From a virus (taxonomy: Duplodnaviria > Caudoviricetes), in IMG/VR virus record IMGVR_UViG_3300048577_000141, positions 1 to 45,192 of that record: a DNA stretch of 45,192 bases, one strand, 5' to 3'. Shown in pieces: positions 18,556 through 27,698 of this stretch; within the stretch, counting starts at the first letter, position 1, and each line of letters starts with the position of its first letter. The notes beneath the pieces are model-generated. The model ran no database searches. It worked only from the letters and a program-made list of their open reading frames with translations, and was not told the DNA's origin. The position numbers were made by a program, and so were the translations under genes.

Positions 18556-19199
18556 ACTGTCCATATCCTCAGCGTCGACAGCAGCCGGTCGCAGGAAGCC
18601 TCGACGACCTTGCCTGCCGTCTCGGACAGGGTGAATTCCTGCCGTCCGATATCCTCGACCTCGTCGGCGCGCAGATATAGGCTTTCCACACCCAGCGACT
18701 TCAGATGCTGCACCGACAGGATGATTGCCTGCCGCGCCTTCTCCGGCACAGGGCCGGTCTGCATGTCGCCGCCCGTGGCGCCGGCTGAGCCGTTGTAGCC
18801 CGCCTTGAAGCGCACCCGCACGGCGTCGTCGTATGAGCCTGTGGCAGGCCAGCTTTCGCCGGGCCTGAGCATCAGCGAGGTCTCGTTCACGCGATACACG
18901 CCTGCATCGAGCGTCTGCTCGACGCCGACAGCATCGAGATACTTGACCGATTCCACCTTGATCAGCGGCGGATAAGGGAGGCGGATTACGCCGCGACAGG
19001 CGATCTCCGAAAAGCAGCCCGCGACGATCTCCAGCGTCTGCGGGCCGAGCGCGCGTCCGAGCCATCCTCCCGGCCCGTCGATATCCTCCGTCACCGCCTG
19101 GATCATGGCGGTGACGGCGGCATCCGACGAAGAATGACTGCCGGCGATCGCCGACGGCGTCACGATCGCGGCGGGTGGCGTGATAACCCGGACGCGCAT
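18552..19199 (-). CDS. Head-tail connector (gp6-like)
   Basis: GWLGRALGPQT...LPYPPLIKVESVKYLD...AVRVRFKAGY...VPEKARQAIIL pattern. Confidence 0.8.
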   Translation of the reverse strand: MRVRVITPPAAIVTPSAIAGSHSSSDAAVTAMIQAVTEDIDGPGGWLGRALGPQTLEIVAGCFSEIACRGVIRLPYPPLIKVESVKYLDAVGVEQTLDAGVYRVNETSLMLRPGESWPATGSYDDAVRVRFKAGYNGSAGATGGDMQTGPVPEKARQAIILSVQHLKSLGVESLYLRADEVEDIGRQEFTLSETAGKVVEASCDRLLSTLRIWTV

Positions 19200-19204
19200 G
19201 ATGG

Positions 19205-19639
19205 TCAGTTCGCTGCTGACGCCAAACCGAGAACCGTGGCACCCTGCACGGACGGTTTCGCGCGGGGCCTGAGAACGGCAATAACGGAGCCGAAGGCGAT
19301 ATTCGCGGTGGCGGACACGCGCACGGCCTGAACATAACGCTTCGCCGGACGGAACACTTCCGAAACGAGGGCCTTGTCGTTGATGTCGTCGTTTGTGGCG
19401 CAGGTGGCGGATACCGAAGTTCCGGTGACTTCCGCCATGCTGGTGTCGCTATCGGCGTCGTTTTGCTCGATTTTCAGGGTTGCCACGCCGGTAGCGACGC
19501 TATCGGTAACGACGGCGACGAACGATACGGACTCGTAGTCGATCATGTCGATGCGTGAGGAATTGCTGTCGGTGTTGTTGGCAGCAGCGACAGGAGCGCC
19601 GACCACGCGGTATTCGAGATTATCGGATAGCTTGTGCAT
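19205..19639 (-). CDS. Hypothetical virion protein (possible head decoration)
   Basis: Follows the capsid gene; RBS before MHKLSDN. Confidence 0.55.
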   Translation of the reverse strand: MHKLSDNLEYRVVGAPVAAANNTDSNSSRIDMIDYESVSFVAVVTDSVATGVATLKIEQNDADSDTSMAEVTGTSVSATCATNDDINDKALVSEVFRPAKRYVQAVRVSATANIAFGSVIAVLRPRAKPSVQGATVLGLASAAN

Positions 19640-19715
19640 CTCCGCAGTTCCTTCTGAGATTGGTTTCTGGCAGGAGGCCGGCATCTTCGGTGCCGGCCAT
19701 GGCGCGTGCGAAAGA

Positions 19716-20999
19716 TCAGTCGCCGAACTTGAGGAACTTCAGCGATTCGAAATTGATCGCCGCGCCGCCGACGCGCTTCGTCGTGTAGAAGCCGACATAG
19801 GGCTTGTTGGTGAGCGCGTCGCGCAACACACGGATGCCGATGCGATCGACGATCTGGTATGTCTCGCGGAAGTCTCCAAAGCCGATCGAGAGGCTGTCAG
19901 CGGCGACCGCAGGCATATCCTCGCCCTCGACAACGTTGAAGCCGAGGATGGTGCCACCGGAGAGCGCGGAGAGGGATGGCTGCCAGGCATAATTGCCCTG
20001 ACCGTCCTTCAGCTTGCGCACGGCGCCGACCGTCGCCCTCGACGCCATGAAGTTCGCGTTCTGGCGATACTGCGCCTTGAGCGAATAGACGAGGTCGATC
20101 AGCTTGTCGGTGCCGTTCGTGGTCGTGCCGAAGCTGCCATCGGTGCCGGTGAGAATGTGCTGGAAAGTGCCCCAGGCCCGGCTCGCATCGGCGGTGGCGG
20201 CCGTCGGATAGGACAGGATGCCGCGCGGCTTCAGAATGCCGTCGCCGGTGAGAAAAGCGGCATTCTCGGTACGGGCGAACTTGTCGGACGTCTTGTCCGC
20301 CAGCCAGCCCTCGATATCGAACATCGAATCGTCGAGCAGCTTCTGCGTGACCTGCGGAAACGCATATAGCTCATGCACCGGGATCTCCCACTTGCCGAGC
20401 TGCGGCGTTGCCGTCGCCGGTCGCGCCTGCGTTTCTCCGACCCAGCCGGCGACGCCCTCACCCAGATCGTTGAAGCCTTCGAGCCGGTCGGTGCCGATCG
20501 TGACAACCGACGCGACCTGCCGCATCGGCGTGGTTTCGTAGACACGCTTCACCATGCGGCCGGAAACGTCGGGGACGACGGTATATCCGCCGTCCGGATC
20601 GGAGCCGACCGACATGGCCTTGCGCTCTTCAGCGGTCAGGCGTTCGCCTTTGCGCATGTAAGCCACGAAGCCGGCCTTGTAGGCGCGATAGCCCTCAAGA
20701 TCGATCTGCTCGCCGCGCTCTGCCGAGAAAGTGGCCGCAGCCTTGCGTTCTTCCTTGTCGGCATCGCCGCCGCCGCCCAACGCGACACGGTTCAGCTTCG
20801 TCTCGATTTCGTCGGCGCGCTTCTTCGCCTCGTCCTGAAGCTTGTCCAGAGCGGCGTTCAGCTTCTCGACCTTTTCGGAGGTCACGGTGTCCGCGCTGCC
20901 GAGCTTCTTGATCTCGGCCTGCATTTCGTCATTGGCCTTTTTGAAGGCGTCAAAGGTAGCGCCCTGCTCTTCGAGCAGTTTCTTCAGTTCCGGGTCCAT
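19716..20999 (-). CDS. Major capsid protein, HK97 family
   Basis: N-terminal coiled-coil delta domain; DGGYTVVP, ENAAFLTGDG..KPRG, LKDGQGNYAWQP, FGDFRETY, TKRVGG motifs. Confidence 0.95.
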   Translation of the reverse strand: MDPELKKLLEEQGATFDAFKKANDEMQAEIKKLGSADTVTSEKVEKLNAALDKLQDEAKKRADEIETKLNRVALGGGGDADKEERKAAATFSAERGEQIDLEGYRAYKAGFVAYMRKGERLTAEERKAMSVGSDPDGGYTVVPDVSGRMVKRVYETTPMRQVASVVTIGTDRLEGFNDLGEGVAGWVGETQARPATATPQLGKWEIPVHELYAFPQVTQKLLDDSMFDIEGWLADKTSDKFARTENAAFLTGDGILKPRGILSYPTAATADASRAWGTFQHILTGTDGSFGTTTNGTDKLIDLVYSLKAQYRQNANFMASRATVGAVRKLKDGQGNYAWQPSLSALSGGTILGFNVVEGEDMPAVAADSLSIGFGDFRETYQIVDRIGIRVLRDALTNKPYVGFYTTKRVGGAAINFESLKFLKFGD

Positions 21000-21010
21000 A
21001 TGGACCTCCT

Positions 21011-21703
21011 CTATTGCGGTGAACGGGAGAGCGTTGCGATGTTGCGGCGGATCAGCGCCGCGATGTCAGCATTGGCCTCATCCCGAGGGTCCGCAGCCTT
21101 GAAGCCGCCGGCCGCGATTGCCTTGGCGGCGGCATGCGAGAAGCCGCCTGCATCCCGCAGGAACTCCTCGAATTCACGTATGGTCCTGATTCCGGCCGAC
21201 TTCACCTGCGCCACGCGGGCGGCGCTGTTGGCCGGCATCTGGACAACCGAAACCTCGAAAAGATCGATCTTCTTCAGCGTCCGGCGCGGCTCGGTCGGTT
21301 TTGTGCCGAGTTCGAATTCCTTGGCCCGGTAACCGATGCTCAGGCCGTCGAGCACGCGCTCGCGCATGGCGGAGTGGATGACCTTGCCCCGCTCCGTATC
21401 GAGCGCGATCAGCTTTCCCTCGACGGCGAGCCCGGTATCGTCCTCCTCCATCGACGTCCACTTGCCGATGGCGAGCCCGTCCATATCCCCCATCCCCCAG
21501 CCGCCATGCTGGACGAGCATGGGCGGCAAGCGCTTTTGCTTTTTCCACTCCTTCAGCGTTTCCCGAAACGCCCCTTTCAGGATGACGTCGCCATAGGCGT
21601 CGACATTGCCAAACACCGCGCCATAGCCGGAAAAGGTGCCGATCGCGGTATCGCCGTCGGCGAACTTCACTTCCAGCGGTGCGAAGAAGAGGTCCTGCTT
21701 CAT
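21011..21703 (-). CDS. HK97-family prohead protease
   Basis: FSGYGAVFGNVD, GLSIGY and LFEVSVV.PAN motifs. Confidence 0.95.
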   Translation of the reverse strand: MKQDLFFAPLEVKFADGDTAIGTFSGYGAVFGNVDAYGDVILKGAFRETLKEWKKQKRLPPMLVQHGGWGMGDMDGLAIGKWTSMEEDDTGLAVEGKLIALDTERGKVIHSAMRERVLDGLSIGYRAKEFELGTKPTEPRRTLKKIDLFEVSVVQMPANSAARVAQVKSAGIRTIREFEEFLRDAGGFSHAAAKAIAAGGFKAADPRDEANADIAALIRRNIATLSRSPQ

Positions 21704-22929
21704 GCTGGTTTCTCCGAAGGATTGGCGGGCTTCGCGATGGGCTGAGGCAGCTTGTCGGCTTCCGGCTCGGCGCTCAGCTCCATCTCTTCAAGGCCCCGGA
21801 CATCGTTCTGCGTCAGCCAGCCCTTCGAGCCGCCGGAACCGAGCCCTTTCGCGTAGTATTCTGCCCGATCCTTCGCAGCGCCGCGCATCAGGGCATTGGG
21901 ATTGAGTTTGGTGTAGAAGCCGGCGCGCCGCTGGTCATCAGTGAGCAGGTTGACGTCGGCGGACTGCTCGGTACGTTGATACCAGGGCATCAGCGTATGA
22001 ACGACGTGTGCGAGAAAGAACTGCTCGGCGCTGGCGAATGTCGGCGTCTGGTCTCCGGCATGGCCGACCATCTGAGGGAATACCCGGAACTCGCGACAGA
22101 TCTCCTCTATCTGGTGTTTGCGCGTTTCGAGGAGCTGCTGATCGACGCTGGAGGCGTTGAGCGTATGGAACTTCGAGGCGCGGTCGACGATCAGCGGCTT
22201 TCCCGACCGGTCGCCGCCGACCTGATGACGGTCGAGCCACTTCGACAGCTGCTCGTATTGATCGGCGCTCAGATTGCCCTCGACAGCCAGAATCCCTGAC
22301 GAGCGCGCTCCGTTCTTCTGGAATTCGGCCTGTCCCTGCTCCAATGTCGACGACAGCCCGATCGCGTTGCGCGCCAGCTTCACGGCATCCAGACCGAGCC
22401 ACGAGTTCCACGACGGACCGCGCAGATGCCAGATCGCATCCGCAGCGAAGAGCTTCTGCTCTCCGGTCAGCGCCGACGTGACACGGTACTCCAGCGACAT
22501 ATCGCGATTCTGCTTGACATCGACCTGCTTCGGCTCGATCGGGATCAGCTCTGTGATCTCCCGATCCGGCCCGACGCGATTGACGAACACATAGGCGTTG
22601 CCGGTCAGGATGACGTGGAACATCAATGTTTCGCGAAACTCGAAGCTGGTCTGCCATGCGTTCGGCCGACGATAGAGAAGGTTGTCGAGTCCCCCGGAAA
22701 CAATCCGCTTCCGGCCATCCTTCTCCTGATAGACATGCCACGGGACCTGTGCGACGCCCTCGGAAATCACGCGGCAGCAGGCCAGCACGGTCGACACTTC
22801 CAGAGCCGCCTGCGTCGTCACGATCACTCCGGACGACGCTTCGCGCCCCGTCCCGAAATTCAGCCGATGCAACTCGCCCAGCGTAGCGCTCTTCTGCTCG
22901 CCTCCGAATAGTCTCGTCCAGAAGCCCAT
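21700..22929 (-). CDS. HK97-family portal protein
   Basis: RPNAWQTSFEF, LTGNAY, ICREFRVFPQMVG and WLTQNDVRGLE motifs. Confidence 0.95.
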   Translation of the reverse strand: MGFWTRLFGGEQKSATLGELHRLNFGTGREASSGVIVTTQAALEVSTVLACCRVISEGVAQVPWHVYQEKDGRKRIVSGGLDNLLYRRPNAWQTSFEFRETLMFHVILTGNAYVFVNRVGPDREITELIPIEPKQVDVKQNRDMSLEYRVTSALTGEQKLFAADAIWHLRGPSWNSWLGLDAVKLARNAIGLSSTLEQGQAEFQKNGARSSGILAVEGNLSADQYEQLSKWLDRHQVGGDRSGKPLIVDRASKFHTLNASSVDQQLLETRKHQIEEICREFRVFPQMVGHAGDQTPTFASAEQFFLAHVVHTLMPWYQRTEQSADVNLLTDDQRRAGFYTKLNPNALMRGAAKDRAEYYAKGLGSGGSKGWLTQNDVRGLEEMELSAEPEADKLPQPIAKPANPSEKPA

Positions 22930-22941
22930 ACGATCCTAGTC

Positions 22942-24627
22942 CTATGCCGCTTCCCAGAAGGACACGCCGCGAGCCGAGGGATTCCAGCTCATCAGGATGG
23001 CGGCGCAGAACGACGCGATCAGCGGGTCGATCTTGGCGCGGCCCGAGACCTGCTTCGTGATCATGGCGCTGTTGCCCTTCATCTCGACCTTGGCGTTGCC
23101 CATGACCCAGTTCATCAGTCCGAGGCCGGAATGCGACACGGTGCCATCGCTTAGTTTCCGTTCGAGTCCCCACAGGGCGGGCGCGAGAGCCGGACCTTGT
23201 GCGAGGCGCCGGAACATCGGCTCCGTTATGCCGCGGGACGCCAGTTCCTCAACGATCGTGCCGATATTGTTCGGATCGAAGCCGACGGCGTTCTTGTCAG
23301 GAAGCAGGCCGGCTCCCAGCACCTGCTGCACGAAATCGGCCATGCGGGCGACGTCGTCAGGCACCTCGCAGAAGGTGAGCGATCCTTCCGCCTCGAAATC
23401 CAGCAGCTTCGCCGCGATGTCCTTCCGGATTTCCAGCACTTTCGGATGCGCGAAGGCATGGTTCCACACCAGCCATTGCCGCGTTCCCATCTCGCGCCCG
23501 ATTACCGCCAGGCCGAGGAGATCGTCGAGCCCGCCGCCGTCGATGCCGACCGTCGCCACCTCCGACCGCTTGATCAGCTCCTCCAGCGACAGTGTACTGT
23601 CTGCCCGATCCGGCCAGTAATCCGCGCCGCGCCAGCTGTCGCTTCCGATGCCTACGCCGATTTCGATGTTGAGATGCTGACTCGTCCAGATCAGTTCGGC
23701 TTCCTTGGTCGCCTTGCCGTTGTTTTCGTAGTCGTCGGCGAGGCGCTGCGGATCGATCGAGCGATTGTTGTTCGGCAGGATAAGAGGCCAGTTGCGCTGG
23801 TCGCGCCAGAACTCCTCGTTGCGCTGCAGCTTCTCGGGAAACTCGTAGAGCACCGGCAACAGGATGGGATTCGAGCCGCCGACGCCGTCGCGGATCTGGC
23901 GCGCCTTCTTCAGTTCCGTGCGCCATATGCCGGCAGGCTGCTCATCCGACTGCGTCGTGATCATCAGCAGTTGGCCGCCCTGCTTCGTGATGCCGCCGCC
24001 GCGAATCTGCTGCATGACGGCGGCGGCTTTCGCCTTCTTGCCGAGTTCGTGCAGTTCGTCGACGATCGTCAGGATCGGAATCTCGCCCGTGACGATCGCG
24101 GTGTCGAAGGTCTTCACATCCAGCTTCGTGCCGGTTTTTCTCCGTGTGATGCACTTGATGTGATCCTGCACCCTGAAGATGGCATCGAGGCGTGGATCGA
24201 GCCGGATCATGCCTTGCGCCTGGTCGAATCCGCGTTCGGAGATGTTCTGGCTCGGGGCCACGATCAGCATCTGCCGGTTCGGCGCCTCTTCAAGGAAGAG
24301 GGCTGTCAGGCCGAGCGCGGCGACATAAGTCGTCTTCGAGTTCTTCTTCGGCACCATGCACAACAGTTCCCAGACGAGCCGCTGTCTGGTGTCCGGATCC
24401 TCGCTTGCGAGGAACGCGCACAGGATTTCCCGGAACCAGTCGCCGCAGGCTTCCGCGAGCGGAGGATTGCCAGGGACGTCCGGCAGCCGCAGCCGGTTGA
24501 AGAACGCGAGCGCCCGGGCGGCCTTTTCCTCGTTGAGCGGAACCTCCGCCATGGGCGTCTGGCCGGCTTGAAGTCGCTCCCACCAGTCCGGGCAGGCGAA
24601 GCGAGGAAGGGCGTCAGTGGGTGACAT
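22942..24627 (-). CDS. terL: Terminase large subunit
   Basis: Walker A-like VPKKNSKTT, Walker B IVDELHE, coupling motif ITT, nuclease acidic residues (GIDGG..DDL, KIDPL). Confidence 0.95.
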   Translation of the reverse strand: MSPTDALPRFACPDWWERLQAGQTPMAEVPLNEEKAARALAFFNRLRLPDVPGNPPLAEACGDWFREILCAFLASEDPDTRQRLVWELLCMVPKKNSKTTYVAALGLTALFLEEAPNRQMLIVAPSQNISERGFDQAQGMIRLDPRLDAIFRVQDHIKCITRRKTGTKLDVKTFDTAIVTGEIPILTIVDELHELGKKAKAAAVMQQIRGGGITKQGGQLLMITTQSDEQPAGIWRTELKKARQIRDGVGGSNPILLPVLYEFPEKLQRNEEFWRDQRNWPLILPNNNRSIDPQRLADDYENNGKATKEAELIWTSQHLNIEIGVGIGSDSWRGADYWPDRADSTLSLEELIKRSEVATVGIDGGGLDDLLGLAVIGREMGTRQWLVWNHAFAHPKVLEIRKDIAAKLLDFEAEGSLTFCEVPDDVARMADFVQQVLGAGLLPDKNAVGFDPNNIGTIVEELASRGITEPMFRRLAQGPALAPALWGLERKLSDGTVSHSGLGLMNWVMGNAKVEMKGNSAMITKQVSGRAKIDPLIASFCAAILMSWNPSARGVSFWEAA

Positions 24628-25099
24628 TCTGCGCTGCTTCGGCTTCCAGCTCGGCCATCAGGTCTGCGTCGGCGGCCATGGCGCGCTGTTCGTCTATCGC
24701 CTTCTTGCCCGGTCGTTCGGCAGGACGGGACGGCTCGCTCGGCTTGGCCGCCATCTGGCGCTCGATCTCCATGCGGTCGTTGCGCTCCAGCATTTTGCTG
24801 AGTTCCTTCAGCGCCCCGACATTGCCGTGGTTCGCGAGGTCCATGACGATCTCGAAGCGGCGCGCTTCGAGCCGGTCGCGCATCTCGTCGCGCTTTTTCA
24901 GCTCGGCTCTAAAATACCGCTTCACGGTCGCCAGCGAGATGCCGACGCCATTCGCTATCCGCGCCGTGCTCCATCCCAGCGCCAGCAACAGCTTGATCTT
25001 GTTGCGATCCCGGTCGGTCGGCTCATACGGAGGGCGGCCCCGCTGCCCGTGCCGTTCACGAACAGGATGGCCGAAGAGGTCGAAATTCTCGGATGCCAT
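24614..25099 (-). CDS. terS: Terminase small subunit (HTH)
   Basis: GRPPYEPT...GWSTARIANGVGISLATVKRYF HTH; directly upstream of terL. Confidence 0.8.
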   Translation of the reverse strand: MASENFDLFGHPVRERHGQRGRPPYEPTDRDRNKIKLLLALGWSTARIANGVGISLATVKRYFRAELKKRDEMRDRLEARRFEIVMDLANHGNVGALKELSKMLERNDRMEIERQMAAKPSEPSRPAERPGKKAIDEQRAMAADADLMAELEAEAAQNVTH

Positions 25100-25181
25100 G
25101 ACAAAAAATCCGCGAATGAGCCCCAACCGGTCCGGGGCCCCATGCCCTCCAGACTTTCGACCCGCCCCCCCCCTTGGCCGG

Positions 25182-25463
25182 TCAGTACCAGACCCCGCGA
25201 CGGTGCCTGCTCTCCTGCTCCTCGCGCTGCTTCTCGCCGTCGTGGCAGGGCTTGCAGAGGGTTTGCAGGTTGCTCTCCAACCAGAAGAGCCGTTCATCGC
25301 CGCGATGCGGCTTCACGTGATCGCATACGAGGTTCGACGTGTTGCCGTCGGCATGGCCGCAGCGCTTGCAGCGGTAGAGATCGCGGAGGAAGACCTCCAG
25401 CCTCAACGCCTGCCAGCGCGCGGTCTTGTACCAGCGCCGCCATGGCATGGTCTCTCTGCTCAT
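25182..25463 (-). CDS. HNH endonuclease (packaging-associated)
   Basis: CKRCG...DHVKPHRG...NLQTLCKPCH motif. Confidence 0.9.
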   Translation of the reverse strand: MSRETMPWRRWYKTARWQALRLEVFLRDLYRCKRCGHADGNTSNLVCDHVKPHRGDERLFWLESNLQTLCKPCHDGEKQREEQESRHRRGVWY

Positions 25464-25479
25464 GATGGCGACATCGGTT

Positions 25480-25556
25480 TGGTTGCGGGGAGCGGATTCG
25501 AACCGCCGACCTCCAGCTTATGAGGCTGACGAGCTACCGGGCTGCTCTACCCCGAC
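25480..25556 (-). tRNA. tRNA-Met(CAT), initiator-like scaffold, atypical or degenerate
   Basis: 77-nt cloverleaf with GAGC/GCTC D-stem, CTCATAA anticodon loop, TTCGAAT T-loop and encoded CCA. Confidence 0.85.
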
Positions 25557-25695
25557 ATATTGAAATTTGAGGAATCTTCCCCATCGCGGACATGCTGACC
25601 ACATAGGGTGGCAGTCTCTGTCCTGGGCCGGACGACGGAACCTACACGCTCACTGCGCAGCCCCGATACGATCCGAATGTTCTGAGGTGATTCCG

Positions 25696-26355
25696 CTATC
25701 GGAGTCTTTGCACCTGGTCAAGCGACAGACTGATCTCCACGCCGCGACCGAAGACAGGCACATCGACGACAAGTCGGCCACGATCGTCATCGGGACGCAC
25801 GACCTCGCCGTGATGCCACGAGAAGGGGCCGTCCTTGATCATCACCCGATCCCCGATCAGGAATAGCGATGGCGCTTTCGATTTGCGATGCGGTCGCACG
25901 CGCGTGACCGCCATGATTTCCGCCATTTCCGGCTCGGCGAGACGCGATGGACGATCGTTAGTGGGCACCAGCCGGTCAACGCCAGCATAGGTCAGGATGC
26001 CTTCCCAGCACACTTCACCCGGAGCAAGCAGCACGAACACGTAACCCGGATACATCACCCGACGGACGATTCGATTGCCCTTTCCATTTGGATTCTTTTC
26101 CACAACTCTTTCGCGCGGACAGAACGCTCTCTGCCTGTCCTTGAGCATGCGCCATGCCACTTCCGTCTCGCTGCCGGGCCGCACCGACACGAGATACCAG
26201 AACGGGCCGCCTCTGATACCATCGGGCCTGCGGTCGCGCGCTTGCGCCCGGAGCCACCCGATCATCGCGATCTCGGACGACGAACGCGCAATATAGCGTT
26301 CGGATACCCAGCGGGGATTGCTATCACTCGGCCGCTTCACATGCACCGCCAGCAT
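25696..26355 (-). CDS. NusG-family transcription antiterminator (late-gene regulator position)
   Basis: WYLVSVRPGSE, MYPGYVFV and KOW motif GDRVMIKDGPF. Confidence 0.9.
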   Translation of the reverse strand: MLAVHVKRPSDSNPRWVSERYIARSSSEIAMIGWLRAQARDRRPDGIRGGPFWYLVSVRPGSETEVAWRMLKDRQRAFCPRERVVEKNPNGKGNRIVRRVMYPGYVFVLLAPGEVCWEGILTYAGVDRLVPTNDRPSRLAEPEMAEIMAVTRVRPHRKSKAPSLFLIGDRVMIKDGPFSWHHGEVVRPDDDRGRLVVDVPVFGRGVEISLSLDQVQRLR

Positions 26356-27496
26356 CCGGTTGACCCTCTTTTGCCGCTGCTATCGCCGCCTCGAATTCAC
26401 CCAACGCCGCCGGCCCGCCTGCCGGGAAGTAGATCACCGGCATGCGGCCGGGATCGGGGAGCCACGGCCAGCCCTGCCGCTCGAACTCGGCCCGCCATTC
26501 CGCCAGCAGCGGCGATCCGACCGGCACGGGCTCCATCAGCGCGCCGAGCGCCACCTCGTCCGGTTTAGGCGCGGTAACGCCGACGCCGCGCGTCTCCGCC
26601 GCCGCGTCCATGGCGTTGACCTTCGGCCAACCGCCACGCCGCCGGTTCTCGCGTTCGGTGCGGACGCGGTCGATCGTCCCTTCCTCGACCGCGCGCACCT
26701 CCCACGCCTTGAGCGGCGTGGCAGCCTTCGGCCCGGTGACCAGATCGGCCATGCGGATCGCGCCCCACACCGGCCCGAAGGCCGGCGCATAGGCCGGCTT
26801 TTCCGGTTCGGGCTGTTTCGGCGGCAGCCGTTCCCAGCGCTTTTCGGCGAGGTAGACGCTGTAGGCGCAGCGCGCCTTCTCCCGTTTTTCGGCGGCGAGA
26901 TAGTCAGCCATGCGGTCGACCGCCGCGTCTCGCTCCTCCGCCGAGAGCGCCACGGCGTGCCGGATCGCCTCGCTCTCCGACTGCACCGCATACCCCGGCC
27001 AGCCGGTGAAGTGCCGCTTCAGCCAGATCGCGACTTCCCGGCGTCTTTCCGTTTCGGATTTCTGATCCTCGCGCTCGCGCCCTCTCTCAGGTTCCTTTAC
27101 TGGTTCCCTTACAGGGTTAGGCGGCAAATTTTGCCGGTTGAAACTGTCGGAATCTGCCGGTTGAACCTGCTCGATTTCGCCGGTTGAGCTACCGGCAAAT
27201 TTTGCCGGTTGAAATCCCGGCTCAAAGCCGAGGATGTAGCGGTTCGAGCCGCGGCGGCCGTTCTCCCGCGCGCTATCCCAGTCGATCAATCCGCGCTCGC
27301 GCAGACGACACAGCTGATCGCGCACCGCCCGCTCGCCGAGATTGGTCTTCGCGCAGATGTAGTCCTGGCTGGGAAAGCAGCCGTTCACCGGGTTGTGGCA
27401 GTCGGCAAGCACCATCAGCACCGCCCATTCGGATGGCTTCATGTCCCGGTGCAATTCGGGCTGGTCGAAAGCCCACTTCGTCGCGGCGTGACTCAT
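26324..27496 (-). CDS. Replication initiator (N-terminal wHTH, lambda O-like layout)
   Basis: VLMVLADCHN...CFPSQDYIC...GERAVRDQLCRL..RGLI motif; internal iterons. Confidence 0.8.
   Translation of the reverse strand: MSHAATKWAFDQPELHRDMKPSEWAVLMVLADCHNPVNGCFPSQDYICAKTNLGERAVRDQLCRLRERGLIDWDSARENGRRGSNRYILGFEPGFQPAKFAGSSTGEIEQVQPADSDSFNRQNLPPNPVREPVKEPERGREREDQKSETERRREVAIWLKRHFTGWPGYAVQSESEAIRHAVALSAEERDAAVDRMADYLAAEKREKARCAYSVYLAEKRWERLPPKQPEPEKPAYAPAFGPVWGAIRMADLVTGPKAATPLKAWEVRAVEEGTIDRVRTERENRRRGGWPKVNAMDAAAETRGVGVTAPKPDEVALGALMEPVPVGSPLLAEWRAEFERQGWPWLPDPGRMPVIYFPAGGPAALGEFEAAIAAAKEGQPDAGGACEAAE
27122..27214. repeat. Iterons / probable replication origin inside the initiator gene
   Basis: GCCGGTTGA at 27133, 27156, 27179 and 27204; two copies embedded in the palindrome CGGCAAATTTTGCCG. 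Confidence 0.75.
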
Positions 27497-27512
27497 GCCA
27501 GCCCCGCTCTCC

Positions 27513-27646
27513 AAGGGTGACACGGTGTCACCCTTGTTTGTGGGTCCATGCCGGCCCATTGCCGGCCCATCACCAATATCGCAGAGCTGAAGCGCACTTT
27601 TGCGCGCACAATGACGGTCTCTAAGGGTGACAACGTGTCACCCTTA
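27513..27646. repeat. Two copies of the palindrome AAGGGTGACA-N3-TGTCACCCTT
   Basis: 27513-27535 and 27623-27645, 110 bp apart. Confidence 0.85.
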
Positions 27647-27698
27647 TTCTCGGCGTCACCCATGTCGGCGCGGAAGCCTATGCCGAGTAGGAACGCGC

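Noticed and set aside
19677-19699. Hairpin after the capsid gene as an intrinsic terminator
   Set aside because: No U-tract on the coding strand; may only stabilise the mRNA
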